Shown in pieces: positions 20,386 through 31,068 of a DNA stretch of 64,000 bases; the first letter of the stretch is position 1, and each line of letters starts with the position of its first letter. Made by a program: the position numbers and the translations under genes. The notes beneath the pieces are model-generated. The model saw only the letters and a list, made by a program, of their open reading frames with translations, did no database searches and was not told the origin of the DNA. Location of the stretch: the NCBI GenBank assembly GCA_963845145.1, contig CAWJQU010000017.1, positions 185,223 through 249,222 of the forward strand, given 5' to 3'. The DNA is from an uncultured delta proteobacterium (GTDB lineage: Bacteria > Desulfobacterota > Desulfobacteria > Desulfobacterales > QNYZ01).

Positions 20386-23013
20386 ATGCCCCGTTCCAAG
20401 TTAACGCCCATGATCGAGCAATACCTCTCCATAAAGGAGCAGTATCAGGATGCTATTTTGTTTTATCGCATGGGTGACTTTTACGAGATGTTTTTTGAAG
20501 ATGCTGAACTGGCGTCCGGCATCCTTGAAATCACCCTGACGTCACGCAATAAGAACGATAAAAATCCCATTCCCATGTGTGGGGTACCCTACCATGCCGC
20601 TAAAACGTATATCGCCCGTCTGATCGCGCAAGGTCACAAAATCGCCATTTGCGATCAGATTGAAGATGCCGCCCTCGCCAAAGGTCTGGTAAAAAGAGAC
20701 GTCGTGCGGGTGGTCACACCCGGTATGGTTATCGAAGACGACCTGCTGGAAGCGACCGCCAATAATTTCATCCTGGCCTTTTATTTCGATCGCGAACGGG
20801 CCGGTCTTGCCGGCCTCGATATTTCAACGGGAGAATTTCGTGTGTGTGAGTCGAAACGACCTCTTGCACTGGTTGATGAGGCCATTCGAATGGCGCCCCG
20901 GGAATTGTTGCTACCCGAAATCGCCCGGGAAGATGATCGGTTTCGCGAAATCAAGGAGGCTTTTGTCGAGCAATCGATAACCTATTTAGAAGATATGGTG
21001 TTTGAGTATCCGCGTAGCCGGGAACGATTGCTCTCCCTGTTTCAAACGTTGTCTCTTGAAGGATATGGTTGTGAAGATTTGACCGTTGGTGTCAGTGCGG
21101 CGGGAGCTATCGTCGCCTATGTCGGCGATACGCAAAAACAGGCAGTTGCCCACATACGCGATATTAAACCTTACCTTCTTTCCGCATACCTGCAGGTAGA
21201 CGAAACAAGTGCTCGAAACCTTGAGCTAATGAAAAATATTCGTTCCGGCAGCCGCCGCGGGACATTAATCAGTGTACTTGATAAAACCATTACCGCCATG
21301 GGCGGTCGTCTTTTTAAACAATGGCTCAACTATCCTCTTATAGATCCCAAACCCCTGGCGATGCGCCTGGATGCCGTTGATGAGGCTAAAAAACGGATTG
21401 CTGTTACCGGCGATATTCGGGCCGTTTTAAAAACAGTGGCCGATTTGGAACGGATAACCGGTAGATTGAACATGGGGCATGGAAATGCCAGGGATCTCAT
21501 CGCTCTGAAAAGATCTCTTCAATCGCTCCCCGATATTTTCGAACGGCTTGAGTCATTTGAGGCACCATTGTATCAAATGGAAGACGATTTGACCCCCCTG
21601 CATGCATTGAGCCAGGAATTGGAGCGGGCGGTTCGCGAAGATGCACCGCTGACCCTGCATGAAGGTGGACTTATCCAACCAGGGTACCATGACCGTCTGG
21701 ACGAATTAATCCATCTCAGCCGGGACGGCAAGGGGTGGCTGGCCCGCCTGGAGAATCAGGAACGCAAAGCTACCGGTATCCCCAACCTTAAGGTCAAATT
21801 TAACAAAGTTTTCGGTTATTTCCTGGAAGTTACGAAATCTCATGTAGGTGCTGTACCAGATCACTACGTTCGTCGGCAAACCCTTGTTAATGCCGAACGA
21901 TATATCACCGATGAGTTGAAGCGTTTCGAGGAAAATGTTTTAGGCGCCGAAGAGAGAAGGGCAAAGCTGGAGTACGAACTTTTTTGCGGGCTAAAAGAAA
22001 AGGTCGTCGAAAAAAACGACCTTATTTTTAAGGCGGCGCACTTTGTGGCAAGGCTGGACTGCCTCCTAAACCTGGCCATGGTGGCCGATCAAAACGACTA
22101 TCACCGACCCAGGTTCAACGCAAAAGGCATTATCGATATAAAAAACGGTCGGCATCCCGTTGTCGAAAAAGTCCTCTCCGGGGAGCGCTTTGTGCCTAAC
22201 GATATCCGTCTGGATAATGAGCGCGCCCAGGTATTGGTCGTTACCGGGCCGAATATGGCCGGGAAATCGACCATCCTTCGACAGACAGCGCTTACGGTGA
22301 TCATGGCCCAGATGGGAAGTTTTGTCCCGGCTGAGAGCGCCTCGATCGGCATTACCGACCGGATTTTCACGAGGGTCGGTGCCCTCGATAACCTGGCCAG
22401 CGGCCAGAGCACTTTTCTGGTGGAAATGCAGGAGACGGCCAATATCTTAAACAACGCCAATTTACAAAGTCTGGTCATTATGGATGAAATCGGTCGAGGA
22501 ACGAGCACCTTCGACGGTTTGAGCATTGCATGGGCCGTGGCTGCCTATCTTCACGATTTGAAGCAGACAGGCGTTAAAACGCTATTTGCCACCCACTACC
22601 ATGAATTGTGCGAGTTGGCCGAAATCAAGCCCCGCGTGAAAAACTATAGCATTGCGGTGAAAGAATGGAACGATGAAATTATTTTTCTGCGAAAATTGGT
22701 CAAAGGGGGCACCAATCGCAGTTATGGAATTCAAGTGGCCCGGTTGGCCGGCATTCCCCTTGAAGTCGTTACCCAGGCCAAAGCGAAACTGGCTGAGATT
22801 GAACATCGGACGGCAGCCGGCATGCATCGCCCGGTCCGGGCAAGCACCGGTGGGCAGATCAGCGAGCATGTGCAATTGGGCCTTTTCACCACGCCGGCCG
22901 AGGAAGTGATTGATGAACTGGGTCGAATCGATATCAACCAAATTTCGCCTTTAAAAGCGATGAACATGCTGGATGAATTGATCCGTAAACTGAATAATCA
23001 TGTTAAAACCTAA
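20386..23013 (+). CDS. mutS: DNA mismatch repair protein MutS
   Basis: TPMIEQY, FYRMGDFYEMF, TGPNMAGKST, STFLVEM, DEIGRGT, FATHYHEL, SYGIQVA. Confidence 0.97.
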   Translation: MPRSKLTPMIEQYLSIKEQYQDAILFYRMGDFYEMFFEDAELASGILEITLTSRNKNDKNPIPMCGVPYHAAKTYIARLIAQGHKIAICDQIEDAALAKGLVKRDVVRVVTPGMVIEDDLLEATANNFILAFYFDRERAGLAGLDISTGEFRVCESKRPLALVDEAIRMAPRELLLPEIAREDDRFREIKEAFVEQSITYLEDMVFEYPRSRERLLSLFQTLSLEGYGCEDLTVGVSAAGAIVAYVGDTQKQAVAHIRDIKPYLLSAYLQVDETSARNLELMKNIRSGSRRGTLISVLDKTITAMGGRLFKQWLNYPLIDPKPLAMRLDAVDEAKKRIAVTGDIRAVLKTVADLERITGRLNMGHGNARDLIALKRSLQSLPDIFERLESFEAPLYQMEDDLTPLHALSQELERAVREDAPLTLHEGGLIQPGYHDRLDELIHLSRDGKGWLARLENQERKATGIPNLKVKFNKVFGYFLEVTKSHVGAVPDHYVRRQTLVNAERYITDELKRFEENVLGAEERRAKLEYELFCGLKEKVVEKNDLIFKAAHFVARLDCLLNLAMVADQNDYHRPRFNAKGIIDIKNGRHPVVEKVLSGERFVPNDIRLDNERAQVLVVTGPNMAGKSTILRQTALTVIMAQMGSFVPAESASIGITDRIFTRVGALDNLASGQSTFLVEMQETANILNNANLQSLVIMDEIGRGTSTFDGLSIAWAVAAYLHDLKQTGVKTLFATHYHELCELAEIKPRVKNYSIAVKEWNDEIIFLRKLVKGGTNRSYGIQVARLAGIPLEVVTQAKAKLAEIEHRTAAGMHRPVRASTGGQISEHVQLGLFTTPAEEVIDELGRIDINQISPLKAMNMLDELIRKLNNHVKT

Positions 23014-23169
23014 ATTGAGCGGTTTTTTACTCGCTCTGCACCAATCTATTGAGCGTTAAGGCTTTCAAAAATACTCGACATATCCAATGGGTATGCCTCC
23101 GTTTTTTAAAAACCATATCATCTCAATATCTTGGCACATAGCTTCGCAAAAAACCGCTCAACTTAGGTT
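23007..23169. repeat. ~163-bp MITE/REP-like palindromic element overlapping the mutS stop codon
   Basis: 22-bp terminal inverted repeats aacctaaattgagcggtttttt / aaaaaaccgctcaacttaggtt (1 mismatch); imperfect internal symmetry (tattgag/ctcaata). Confidence 0.75.
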
Positions 23170-23292
23170 AAAATAGATTCGACCTATAAATTAACCCTAG
23201 CGATTTGATGATGAGATCCGGATGAAAAGATACCCCTGGTACCAAACGCTGCCTGATGATTCTTCTTTCGGCGGTCCGACAGGCTTTGAGTT

Positions 23293-24192
23293 ATGCGCAA
23301 ATTAGCGGTTAACCCCTCTGTTGCGTTGGTTTCCGGTATTTTGGGTGTGTCCACGGGTGCTATTTTTGTTCGGTTGGCCGAGGCGCCGGCATTGGTCACC
23401 GCTGCATATCGGGTCGGGCTGGCGGTTTTAATTCTCATGCCCTTTGTCTGGTACCTGGCGAGGGATGAATTCAAACGCTTAACCCGGCGTGATCTTATGA
23501 CGGCCGCGTTGGCGGGCTTGTTCCTGGCAGTGCATTTTGCCACCTGGATTTCCTCGTTGGATTACACTTCCATTGCCAATAGTGTCGTACTGGTAAACAC
23601 CAATCCTTTATGGGTTGGTATCTTAACCCCTTTTTTGACAAAGGACCGCATTCGTCGAAACACGATTAAAGGCATATTATTAAGCGTGGGCGGCGGTATA
23701 TTGATCGGTGCGGAAGATTTGGCTGCTGGCGGGCAGGCCCTGTACGGCGATATGTTGGCGTTAATCGGTAGTTTTTGTGCGGCGGCTTATCTTTTGCTGG
23801 GCCGCAAATTGCGTTCCAAACTTGGTTTGCTGACCTATACCTTTACCTGCTATGGTACGGCTGCGGTGTTGCTTTTGATCATGGTAAGCACCGCTCGTCT
23901 GCCCTATGGCGGTTATTCGAATATTACTTGGGCAGCTTTTTTCGGTATGGCTGTGTTCGCGCAAGTCGTCGGCCATACCAGTTATAACTACGCCTTAAAA
24001 TGGTTCAGTGCCAATCTTATTGCTGTCAGCCTTCTCGGTGAACCGGTACTGGCCAGCCTGATGGGGTGGCTGTTCTTCCACGAAGGACTCACCGGCTTAA
24101 AATTGGCGGGTGGTGGTTTGATACTCGTGGGGATTTATCTTGCAACGGCCGAAGAGGTGGTAAAAGAAGAAGCGGGTGGAAAATCTGTATAA
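23293..24192 (+). CDS. EamA/DMT-family transporter
   Basis: About 10 TM helices; HFATWISSLDYTSIA, GHTSYNYAL, LGEPV. Confidence 0.9.
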   Translation: MRKLAVNPSVALVSGILGVSTGAIFVRLAEAPALVTAAYRVGLAVLILMPFVWYLARDEFKRLTRRDLMTAALAGLFLAVHFATWISSLDYTSIANSVVLVNTNPLWVGILTPFLTKDRIRRNTIKGILLSVGGGILIGAEDLAAGGQALYGDMLALIGSFCAAAYLLLGRKLRSKLGLLTYTFTCYGTAAVLLLIMVSTARLPYGGYSNITWAAFFGMAVFAQVVGHTSYNYALKWFSANLIAVSLLGEPVLASLMGWLFFHEGLTGLKLAGGGLILVGIYLATAEEVVKEEAGGKSV

Positions 24193-24246
24193 AACCCTTC
24201 TCGTGGTTAAAAAAAATATGGTTTAACCTAAAATAAGGAGAGCCCC

Positions 24247-25086
24247 ATGGATGATAACCCGACTGATAACAAGCCGGCAGATAACAACCAGGCCGAGGAT
24301 AATCAGGTAATTCTCTGTGATGTAAAAAATGGTATTGCCGTGGTCACATTTAATCGACCAGACGTTCTCAATGCACTTAACGCATCGTTGTTAAGCGAGT
24401 TGGCCCGAACGCTGGACCGTATCGCCAACGATGAAACCATTCGGGTGCTGATTCTGACCGGCGCCGGTGAAAAAGCCTTTGTTGCCGGGGCCGATATTAA
24501 AGAATTGGCCCAATGCGACGCCCTAACGGGTAAGCATTTTGCCGAAGTGGGCCACAAAACCATTGGCCGGTTGCAGTCGTTGTCCATACCGGTAATTGCG
24601 GCTGTAAATGGGTATGCCCTTGGCGGGGGAAGTGAGATTGCGCTGGCCTGTGATTTTATTTATGCATCCGAGAACGCCATGTTCGGTCTGCCTGAGATTA
24701 CGCTTGGGCTGATACCGGGTTTTGGCGGCACCCAACGATTGCCGCGCCTGATCGGCATGAACCGGGCCAAAGAGTTTATTTTTACCGGCCGAATGATCTC
24801 CGCCATGGAAGCCAAAGAGATGGGTCTGGTCAATCAAATCTTTTCTCCGGAAACGCTCCTGGAAGAGGCCCTCAAAACGGCTGCTGCAATGGCCGACAAG
24901 GGGATGGTATCTTTAAGGGAAGCCAAGCAGGTAATTAACGCCGGCATCAATATTGACCTTGCCGACGCCTGTCGAATGGAGATAAACGCTTTTTCACTCT
25001 GTATGGCGAGTGTTGATGCCAAAGAGGGTACGCGTGCTTTTATTGAAAAGCGCAAAGCCGATTTTAAAGGTGGGCAGACGTCCTGA
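24247..25086 (+). CDS. Enoyl-CoA hydratase (crotonase)
   Basis: NRPDVLNAL, AFVAGADI, GYALGGGSEIALACD, PEITLGLIPGFGGTQRL. Confidence 0.92.
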   Translation: MDDNPTDNKPADNNQAEDNQVILCDVKNGIAVVTFNRPDVLNALNASLLSELARTLDRIANDETIRVLILTGAGEKAFVAGADIKELAQCDALTGKHFAEVGHKTIGRLQSLSIPVIAAVNGYALGGGSEIALACDFIYASENAMFGLPEITLGLIPGFGGTQRLPRLIGMNRAKEFIFTGRMISAMEAKEMGLVNQIFSPETLLEEALKTAAAMADKGMVSLREAKQVINAGINIDLADACRMEINAFSLCMASVDAKEGTRAFIEKRKADFKGGQTS

Positions 25087-25207
25087 CAGGTCATGCGGAA
25101 GCGGCATGTGTTGACACAATTGCCACTTATTCATATGATCCAAAGCTCACCTCCCAATTTTTACTCGCATGTTAACCGGCCGTGCCGGTAAGGACAATGA
25201 TTGATTT

Positions 25208-25444
25208 ATGAATCACCAATTTATCTGGGGAATTATGTTATTTTTGGCGGGACTCGGTGTATTTTATCGCATACCCGTCGTGATAGCTAAAATTAAAATG
25301 ATTGATCAATTTTCCGGTAGCGGTATATATTTTGCATATTTTTGTTTCTACTTTATCGGCGTGATATTGATCGGTGGTGGAATAAAAAAAATATTGCATA
25401 ATTTCAGAGATATAAATAGAGATATGGGAGACCGTCAGGGTTAG
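25208..25444 (+). CDS. Small hypothetical membrane protein (2 TM)
   Basis: 78 aa, two hydrophobic segments, AAGGA upstream. Confidence 0.55.
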   Translation: MNHQFIWGIMLFLAGLGVFYRIPVVIAKIKMIDQFSGSGIYFAYFCFYFIGVILIGGGIKKILHNFRDINRDMGDRQG

Positions 25445-25538
25445 ATGGTTTTACCGTATTGTAATTTCATTGTCACTGATTACACTAAAGAATATGGTTA
25501 CTAAAATATAAAAGCATCGGCGAAGTAATACTGATCCT

Positions 25539-27842
25539 ATGGAAAATCTGTCGAATCTCACACTGGAAACGGCCCCGCCGTTAGAAACGAAAAAGAGTTA
25601 CCAGGAGCAATTTCAGGAAATAGGCAATAAAATTTACAGCGCCAAATCCCTGGATGACATTCTGGTCAATTTGAATGACGATATTTCCGGTATGTTTGAT
25701 GTCGAGAGAACATCCATCTTTACCGTGGACGGAAAAACCCGGCAACTTCTTTCAAAACATCGGTCCGGCAAGGGGTTGGACACAGCGCGTATACCCATTT
25801 CCAAGGATAATGTTCCCGGCCATGTTGTCATTGAAAAGAAAATAATCAATATCAAAAATGCGTCGGATGCTGCTGAATTAACGCGTATTGGACCATCGCT
25901 CAGGCTTGATCCGGCCTCGGAATCAAAACAACCCCATCCTACCCGGCAAATTCTGGCCGCTCCCATTGAATATCGGACGTTTACCCTCGGAACCATTGAG
26001 CTGGCGAACCGCAAGAACGGTTCCGGTTTTACCGATAAGGAGGCTTACCAACTTCAAAATCTTGCCACGATTTTGGGGATTGCTCTTTTTAACCAACATC
26101 AAAAGGCTGCCGAACGTGTCACAAAATTCGGCTATCTGGTGGACCACAACCTCATTAGCCAAAAAGGCCTCCAGAAAGCGATTGTCGAAGCGAAAAGCCG
26201 CGGCAGGGCCGAGGCCGACGTACTGGTTAGTGACTACAAGGTTTCCAAAGGGGATATCGGTAAGTCCTTAAGCCGGTTTTACGGCGTGCCCTTCGTTGAG
26301 TATAACGCCAATATGGCGATTCCCGGTGAGTTGCTAATGGGCCTAAAAATCCCTTTTATGCGCAACAATTACTGGGTGCCGATACGGTATGATCAAAAAA
26401 AGAACAAGGTACTCATCGCCATCGACGATCCCCACGATCTTCAGAAAGTCGATGTCATCCAGACCCTGTTTAAGGGCAAGATAATCAGTTTCAACGTCGC
26501 GCTTCAGGGTGATATTATTGAAATCATCAATCTTTTCACTCGAAGCGAAAAAGAGCTGGCGGGGATAGACGACATTATCTCTCAGCTCAGTGATGAAGCC
26601 GAAGAGATCGATGAAGCGGAGTCTAACATCGGCGAAGAGGACAGCGCCGTTGTTCAGGTCGTCAACAAGATTGTGATCGATGCCGATACGCGTGGGGCTT
26701 CGGATATTCATTTCGAACCGTATCCGGGTAAAGAAAACACCCAGGTCCGCTTCCGTGTGGATGGCCAGTGTTATGTGTATCAGACAATCCCATATCACTA
26801 TCGCAACGCCGTTGTATCCAGAATTAAAATCATGGCCGACCTGGATATTGCCGAACGGCGATTACCCCAGGACGGAAAGATAAAATTTAAAAAATACGGT
26901 GGGCGTAATATCGAACTGCGTGTGGCCACATTACCGACCCAGGGCGGGTTGGAGGATGTGGTTCTTCGTATTTTGGCCGCCGGTGAGCCCATCCCGTTAA
27001 ATCGGATCGGTTTTTCCAAAAGCAACCTTGAAAATTTTAAAAAGGCGGTCAGCCAGCCCTATGGTATTATCTTTGTTTGCGGTCCCACCGGATCTGGAAA
27101 AACGACAACGCTCCATTCGGCATTAAGCTATATCAACAAGCCTGAAACGAAAATATGGACGGCCGAAGATCCGGTTGAAATTACCCAGAAGGGACTCCGG
27201 CAGGTTCAGGTCAAACCAAAAATCGGTCTTGATTTCCCCAGAGTCATGCGGTCGTTTTTGCGTGCGGATCCAGATGTAATCATGGTGGGTGAAATGCGGG
27301 ATAAGGAAACCACGCAGATCGGTATCGAAGCCTCATTGACCGGTCACTTGGTATTGTCCACGCTCCATACGAATAGTGCTCCGGAGAGTATCACACGTCT
27401 GCTCGATATGGGCATGGACCCCTTTAATTTTGCCGATGCCATTCTTGGCATTATGGCCCAGCGACTCGTCAGGACTTTATGTTCCGAGTGTAAAGAAGCC
27501 TATAATCCCTCCAAGGAGGAATACAGTGCTCTCGTCCGCCTTTACGATCCGAAGTTATTTAAACAAAATCTCAATATCCCGTATTCAAAAGATTTAACCC
27601 TTTTCAAGCCAAAGGGATGTGACAACTGTAATGATACCGGATACCAGGGCCGAATGGCCATTCACGAGTTGCTCATGGGCACCGATGACATGAAACGATT
27701 GATTCAAACCAATGAACGCGTCGAAGCGCTTCGCAACCAGGCCCTGGCGGATGGCATGACCACTCTGAAGCAGGATGGTATCGAGAAAGTATTTGAGGGC
27801 CGCACAGATTTGGCTCAGGTACGCAAAGTAACAATCCGTTAA
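25539..27842 (+). CDS. GAF-domain-fused GspE/PilB-family secretion ATPase
   Basis: N-terminal GAF (ILAAPI...GTIELANRK...FT); ASDIHFEP, GPTGSGKTTTL, TAEDPVE, LRADPDVIMVGEMRD, GHLVLSTLHTN, CxxC...CxxC. Confidence 0.9.
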   Translation: MENLSNLTLETAPPLETKKSYQEQFQEIGNKIYSAKSLDDILVNLNDDISGMFDVERTSIFTVDGKTRQLLSKHRSGKGLDTARIPISKDNVPGHVVIEKKIINIKNASDAAELTRIGPSLRLDPASESKQPHPTRQILAAPIEYRTFTLGTIELANRKNGSGFTDKEAYQLQNLATILGIALFNQHQKAAERVTKFGYLVDHNLISQKGLQKAIVEAKSRGRAEADVLVSDYKVSKGDIGKSLSRFYGVPFVEYNANMAIPGELLMGLKIPFMRNNYWVPIRYDQKKNKVLIAIDDPHDLQKVDVIQTLFKGKIISFNVALQGDIIEIINLFTRSEKELAGIDDIISQLSDEAEEIDEAESNIGEEDSAVVQVVNKIVIDADTRGASDIHFEPYPGKENTQVRFRVDGQCYVYQTIPYHYRNAVVSRIKIMADLDIAERRLPQDGKIKFKKYGGRNIELRVATLPTQGGLEDVVLRILAAGEPIPLNRIGFSKSNLENFKKAVSQPYGIIFVCGPTGSGKTTTLHSALSYINKPETKIWTAEDPVEITQKGLRQVQVKPKIGLDFPRVMRSFLRADPDVIMVGEMRDKETTQIGIEASLTGHLVLSTLHTNSAPESITRLLDMGMDPFNFADAILGIMAQRLVRTLCSECKEAYNPSKEEYSALVRLYDPKLFKQNLNIPYSKDLTLFKPKGCDNCNDTGYQGRMAIHELLMGTDDMKRLIQTNERVEALRNQALADGMTTLKQDGIEKVFEGRTDLAQVRKVTIR

Positions 27843-27957
27843 CCCTGTTCCGTGTTCAGGGAACAATCAACTTAACCGTTGATTTGAAGTCTAAAATCTC
27901 ACCTATACATTCCTCACACGATTTACGAACCTGATATGATTTACGACCGGATATGAT

Positions 27958-29793
27958 TTACAAACCGGCCTCGGCCGCATCACGAAATTTCTTTAATTGT
28001 GTTTGAAAGTAGGCCTTGTTGGATTGGGCAAGTTCTGAGGCCCTTTGGGCCGTTCGTGCGGCTTTTTGAAATTGATGGTTTACAAAATAGCTCTCCGCCA
28101 GTGTGTCCAGGACATGCGCCCGGGGATCTTCGACGACGGCCCGGAGGGCTAAACGCAGGGCTTTCTCCGGATTTCTGAGCGATTCATCTTCGCAGGTGGC
28201 GTAGAGCCAGGCCAGGTTGTTTAAGCTTTCCGCATCCTGGGGGACCATATTTAGTGTACGCGTATAGAATTCAATGGCTTGTGAATATTTTTTCCACTGG
28301 TAATATAGCCCGGCCAATTCCCGGGTTATCTCCGGTCGGCCGGGATAATTATCAATCTTTTCTAAAAGAATTTTTTCAACAAATTGGTGACTCAAGCGAC
28401 GCCCGAAATTGCCAAAATTAACCTGGTAGCCCACCACGCCCACGAGTATCATGGCGATAACGAAAAGAGTCATGCCCTTTTTAATTTTACGATCCTGACG
28501 GTTGACCCACCGGCGATTGACTTCGCATCTTTCCAGGTAGTCAATGCGCTCCCCAATGCTGAAATGGTGCCAATTGGGTTTGTTAATCGGTTGGCCGCTG
28601 GCAAAGGCGATTTTTTTTAAAGTGGATATCAGGGGCTTGGCAGAATTAAAGAGGGTGTAAACGTAAGTATCGGCCTGGCGTTCAAAATTGCGCATGAAAA
28701 AACCAAATATATAACGGAAATAAACAATGAACATCACAATCGTGGCAATGGCAAATATAATCGCGGCGGTATTTGTGCCGTCTTGGCCCATCGTCTCCAC
28801 CAACCAGGTTGTCGGCTGGGAGTAAATAATAAAGTAGATGATCAAATCAAAAATAGAGAGGGACAAGAGCATGTATCCACCCAAAAAAAACAGATAAAAC
28901 AGGAGGTGTCTTTTTTTTACATGTCCCAGTTCGTGGGCAATAACCGTATCGATCTCTTCGGGTGATAGAAATTCAAGAAGCGCATCGGTTACCAGCAAAT
29001 ATCTGAATCGTGCCACCAGCCCCATAACCCCGGCGGTGATCATCCGTCCGCCAAAGAGCGGCCAGTTTAAGATACCGGCGAACTTGACACCCGTGCGTCT
29101 GCACAACGCTTCGATGCGACGACGATCAGGTCCATCGGGAAGCGGCCGACAGTGCCAAAAAACCTTGACAATGGCTGGAGCCAGAATGGCCGCGAAAAAC
29201 AAGAATACGAAAAAATAGATCGCTTGACCCGGGGTCGTATTAAGAAAACGTTTAAAACCATCAAAGGGCAACAGTTGAAGAAGGTCAAGAATGGTGGATA
29301 GGGCCAGCCAGGGCAATAGGACGGGTAAATTAAACGAGATTTGGCCACTAATGTAGTCCCGCCGGGTTGTGGCACCGGGAAAGAGCTGCTGGTGTGACCT
29401 ATAGGCAGCGTTCCAGAGAATCGTCATGTAGCCGATGAAAAGCGCTAAAAAGATGATGGCTTCGAAAGTCGGAAATCCTTGAAAGAGGGGGATGGGTCGA
29501 AAAAAATCGGGCAGCGTGAGTCCATAAATCGTGGCAATGTAAGCCGCAAGGGCATAGATCGAATATCGTTTCAAGCCGTTATCAAACCGCTGACCCAGGA
29601 CACCCGGAGCAGTCCCCGATTTTAATGCGGTTGATATACTGCGAAAAAAGCGTGCCGCCAGAAGTGAAAAGGTGGCCACCAGCATCGCCAGTAAAAAAAC
29701 GGTGAGGCCCACGCTAAATCGGGGGGTTTCCATCGGCTGATAGGTCGCATAAACAAGCAGGGCGAGAATGAAGAAGATGAAGTTTCCAAACAT
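27958..29793 (-). CDS. M48 (Ste24/HtpX-like) zinc metalloprotease with C-terminal TPRs
   Basis: Multiple TMs, VIAHELGH, ERQAD, LNNLAWLYAT. Confidence 0.88.
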   Translation of the reverse strand: MFGNFIFFILALLVYATYQPMETPRFSVGLTVFLLAMLVATFSLLAARFFRSISTALKSGTAPGVLGQRFDNGLKRYSIYALAAYIATIYGLTLPDFFRPIPLFQGFPTFEAIIFLALFIGYMTILWNAAYRSHQQLFPGATTRRDYISGQISFNLPVLLPWLALSTILDLLQLLPFDGFKRFLNTTPGQAIYFFVFLFFAAILAPAIVKVFWHCRPLPDGPDRRRIEALCRRTGVKFAGILNWPLFGGRMITAGVMGLVARFRYLLVTDALLEFLSPEEIDTVIAHELGHVKKRHLLFYLFFLGGYMLLSLSIFDLIIYFIIYSQPTTWLVETMGQDGTNTAAIIFAIATIVMFIVYFRYIFGFFMRNFERQADTYVYTLFNSAKPLISTLKKIAFASGQPINKPNWHHFSIGERIDYLERCEVNRRWVNRQDRKIKKGMTLFVIAMILVGVVGYQVNFGNFGRRLSHQFVEKILLEKIDNYPGRPEITRELAGLYYQWKKYSQAIEFYTRTLNMVPQDAESLNNLAWLYATCEDESLRNPEKALRLALRAVVEDPRAHVLDTLAESYFVNHQFQKAARTAQRASELAQSNKAYFQTQLKKFRDAAEAGL

Positions 29794-29809
29794 GGGCGAT
29801 AATTGTCTG

Positions 29810-30358
29810 TCAGGATTGGCGGTGGTTTGATTTGCTGTAACGTTCGGCTTCGCTGTATATACATCCGCAGTATTGCTGGCGGTACATCCCTAAGGATTTA
29901 GACACTTTTATGCCCTCAGTCCAACCTTCGCGAAAATCCCGGTAGACAAATGGAATTTTCTCATTTTTTCCCACCGATTCGCCGACAGACCGGATCAGAT
30001 CGTGATTTTGGAATTTACTGTATAGCAAGGTGGAGGTAAATCCGTCGAATTTGCCGCGTTTGGCTAAAAAGGCCGTTGCCTGCATGCGTTCATGATAGCA
30101 GATGGTGCAGCGATCCGATTCGCGAAAGACGATTTTTTGTAAAAACATTTTAAGGTCGTAGGTGTCCGGATAGATAATGTTAAGGTTAATATCGTCTGCG
30201 TAGGCCTTAAGGGCCTCCTCACGACGCTTGCACTCCATATAGGGGTGAATGTTATGGGGATAAAAATATCCCATCAGGCTTACCCCCTCCTCACGCAGCC
30301 GTCTGACCGGATAAATCGAACAGGGGCCGCAACAGGTATGGACGAGGAGTTTGGTCAT
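29810..30358 (-). CDS. queH: Epoxyqueuosine reductase QueH
   Basis: LLVHTCCGPC, NIHP, RCTICY, YRQQYCGCIYS. Confidence 0.9.
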   Translation of the reverse strand: MTKLLVHTCCGPCSIYPVRRLREEGVSLMGYFYPHNIHPYMECKRREEALKAYADDINLNIIYPDTYDLKMFLQKIVFRESDRCTICYHERMQATAFLAKRGKFDGFTSTLLYSKFQNHDLIRSVGESVGKNEKIPFVYRDFREGWTEGIKVSKSLGMYRQQYCGCIYSEAERYSKSNHRQS

Positions 30359-31068
30359 TGGCGAATTCCAAAAAGGGCTGTTCCGACCCGAACCATTGTG
30401 GCCCCCTCAGCCACGGCTGCCTCAAAATCTCCGGTCATACCCATGGATAATTCATTCATGTGGATACGTTCAATAGCCATATCTCTAATTTCATCACTTA
30501 GTTGTTTCAGTTGTCTAAAGTAAGGCCGAACCTTATCGGGCGCATTAAAAAACGGCGGCATGGTCATCAGGCCTTGAAGGGACAGGTGGGGCAGGGTGCT
30601 GATATGTCGGACAAGGGCTTCCGCGTCATTTGGAGCGGCACCCGCTTTGGATTTTTCTCCGGCCACATTGACCTGAATGAGAATGGATTGCACTTTGCCT
30701 ACTTTTTCTGCCTGCTTATTAATTTCATCGGCCAGGCGTTTAGAGTCCACCGAATGGATAAGGTCGAAAAGTCGAACCACGTATTTGGCCTTGTTGCGCT
30801 GAAGGTGACCGATAAAGTGCCAATCGACGGTAACGGCGGCCAAAGCGGAAAACTTATCCCGCGCTTCCTGGACATAATTCTCCCCAATGGTTTCTATACC
30901 AGCCTCGATGGCTATTCGCACCCTATCGGCGGAAATGGTTTTGCTGACCGCCACCAGTCGGACCTCTGACGGGTTGCGCCCGGCATCCTTAGCGCTACTA
31001 TCGATCCGTCGGCGAATTGCAGAAATCCGCTGTTTCATATTTGTTAAAGGATCATGGTTGGGTTTCAA
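30355..31068 (-). CDS. yggS: PLP homeostasis protein (YggS family)
   Basis: LVAVSK, GENYVQE, WHFIGHLQRNK, GLMTMPP, LSMGMTGD, VRVGTALFG. Confidence 0.95.
   Translation of the reverse strand: MKPNHDPLTNMKQRISAIRRRIDSSAKDAGRNPSEVRLVAVSKTISADRVRIAIEAGIETIGENYVQEARDKFSALAAVTVDWHFIGHLQRNKAKYVVRLFDLIHSVDSKRLADEINKQAEKVGKVQSILIQVNVAGEKSKAGAAPNDAEALVRHISTLPHLSLQGLMTMPPFFNAPDKVRPYFRQLKQLSDEIRDMAIERIHMNELSMGMTGDFEAAVAEGATMVRVGTALFGIRQ

Noticed and set aside
23195..23292. Possible fluoride riboswitch upstream of the EamA gene (GATG...AAACGCTG...CTGATGA)
   Set aside because: Could not form the P1 stem or the pseudoknot pairing by eye
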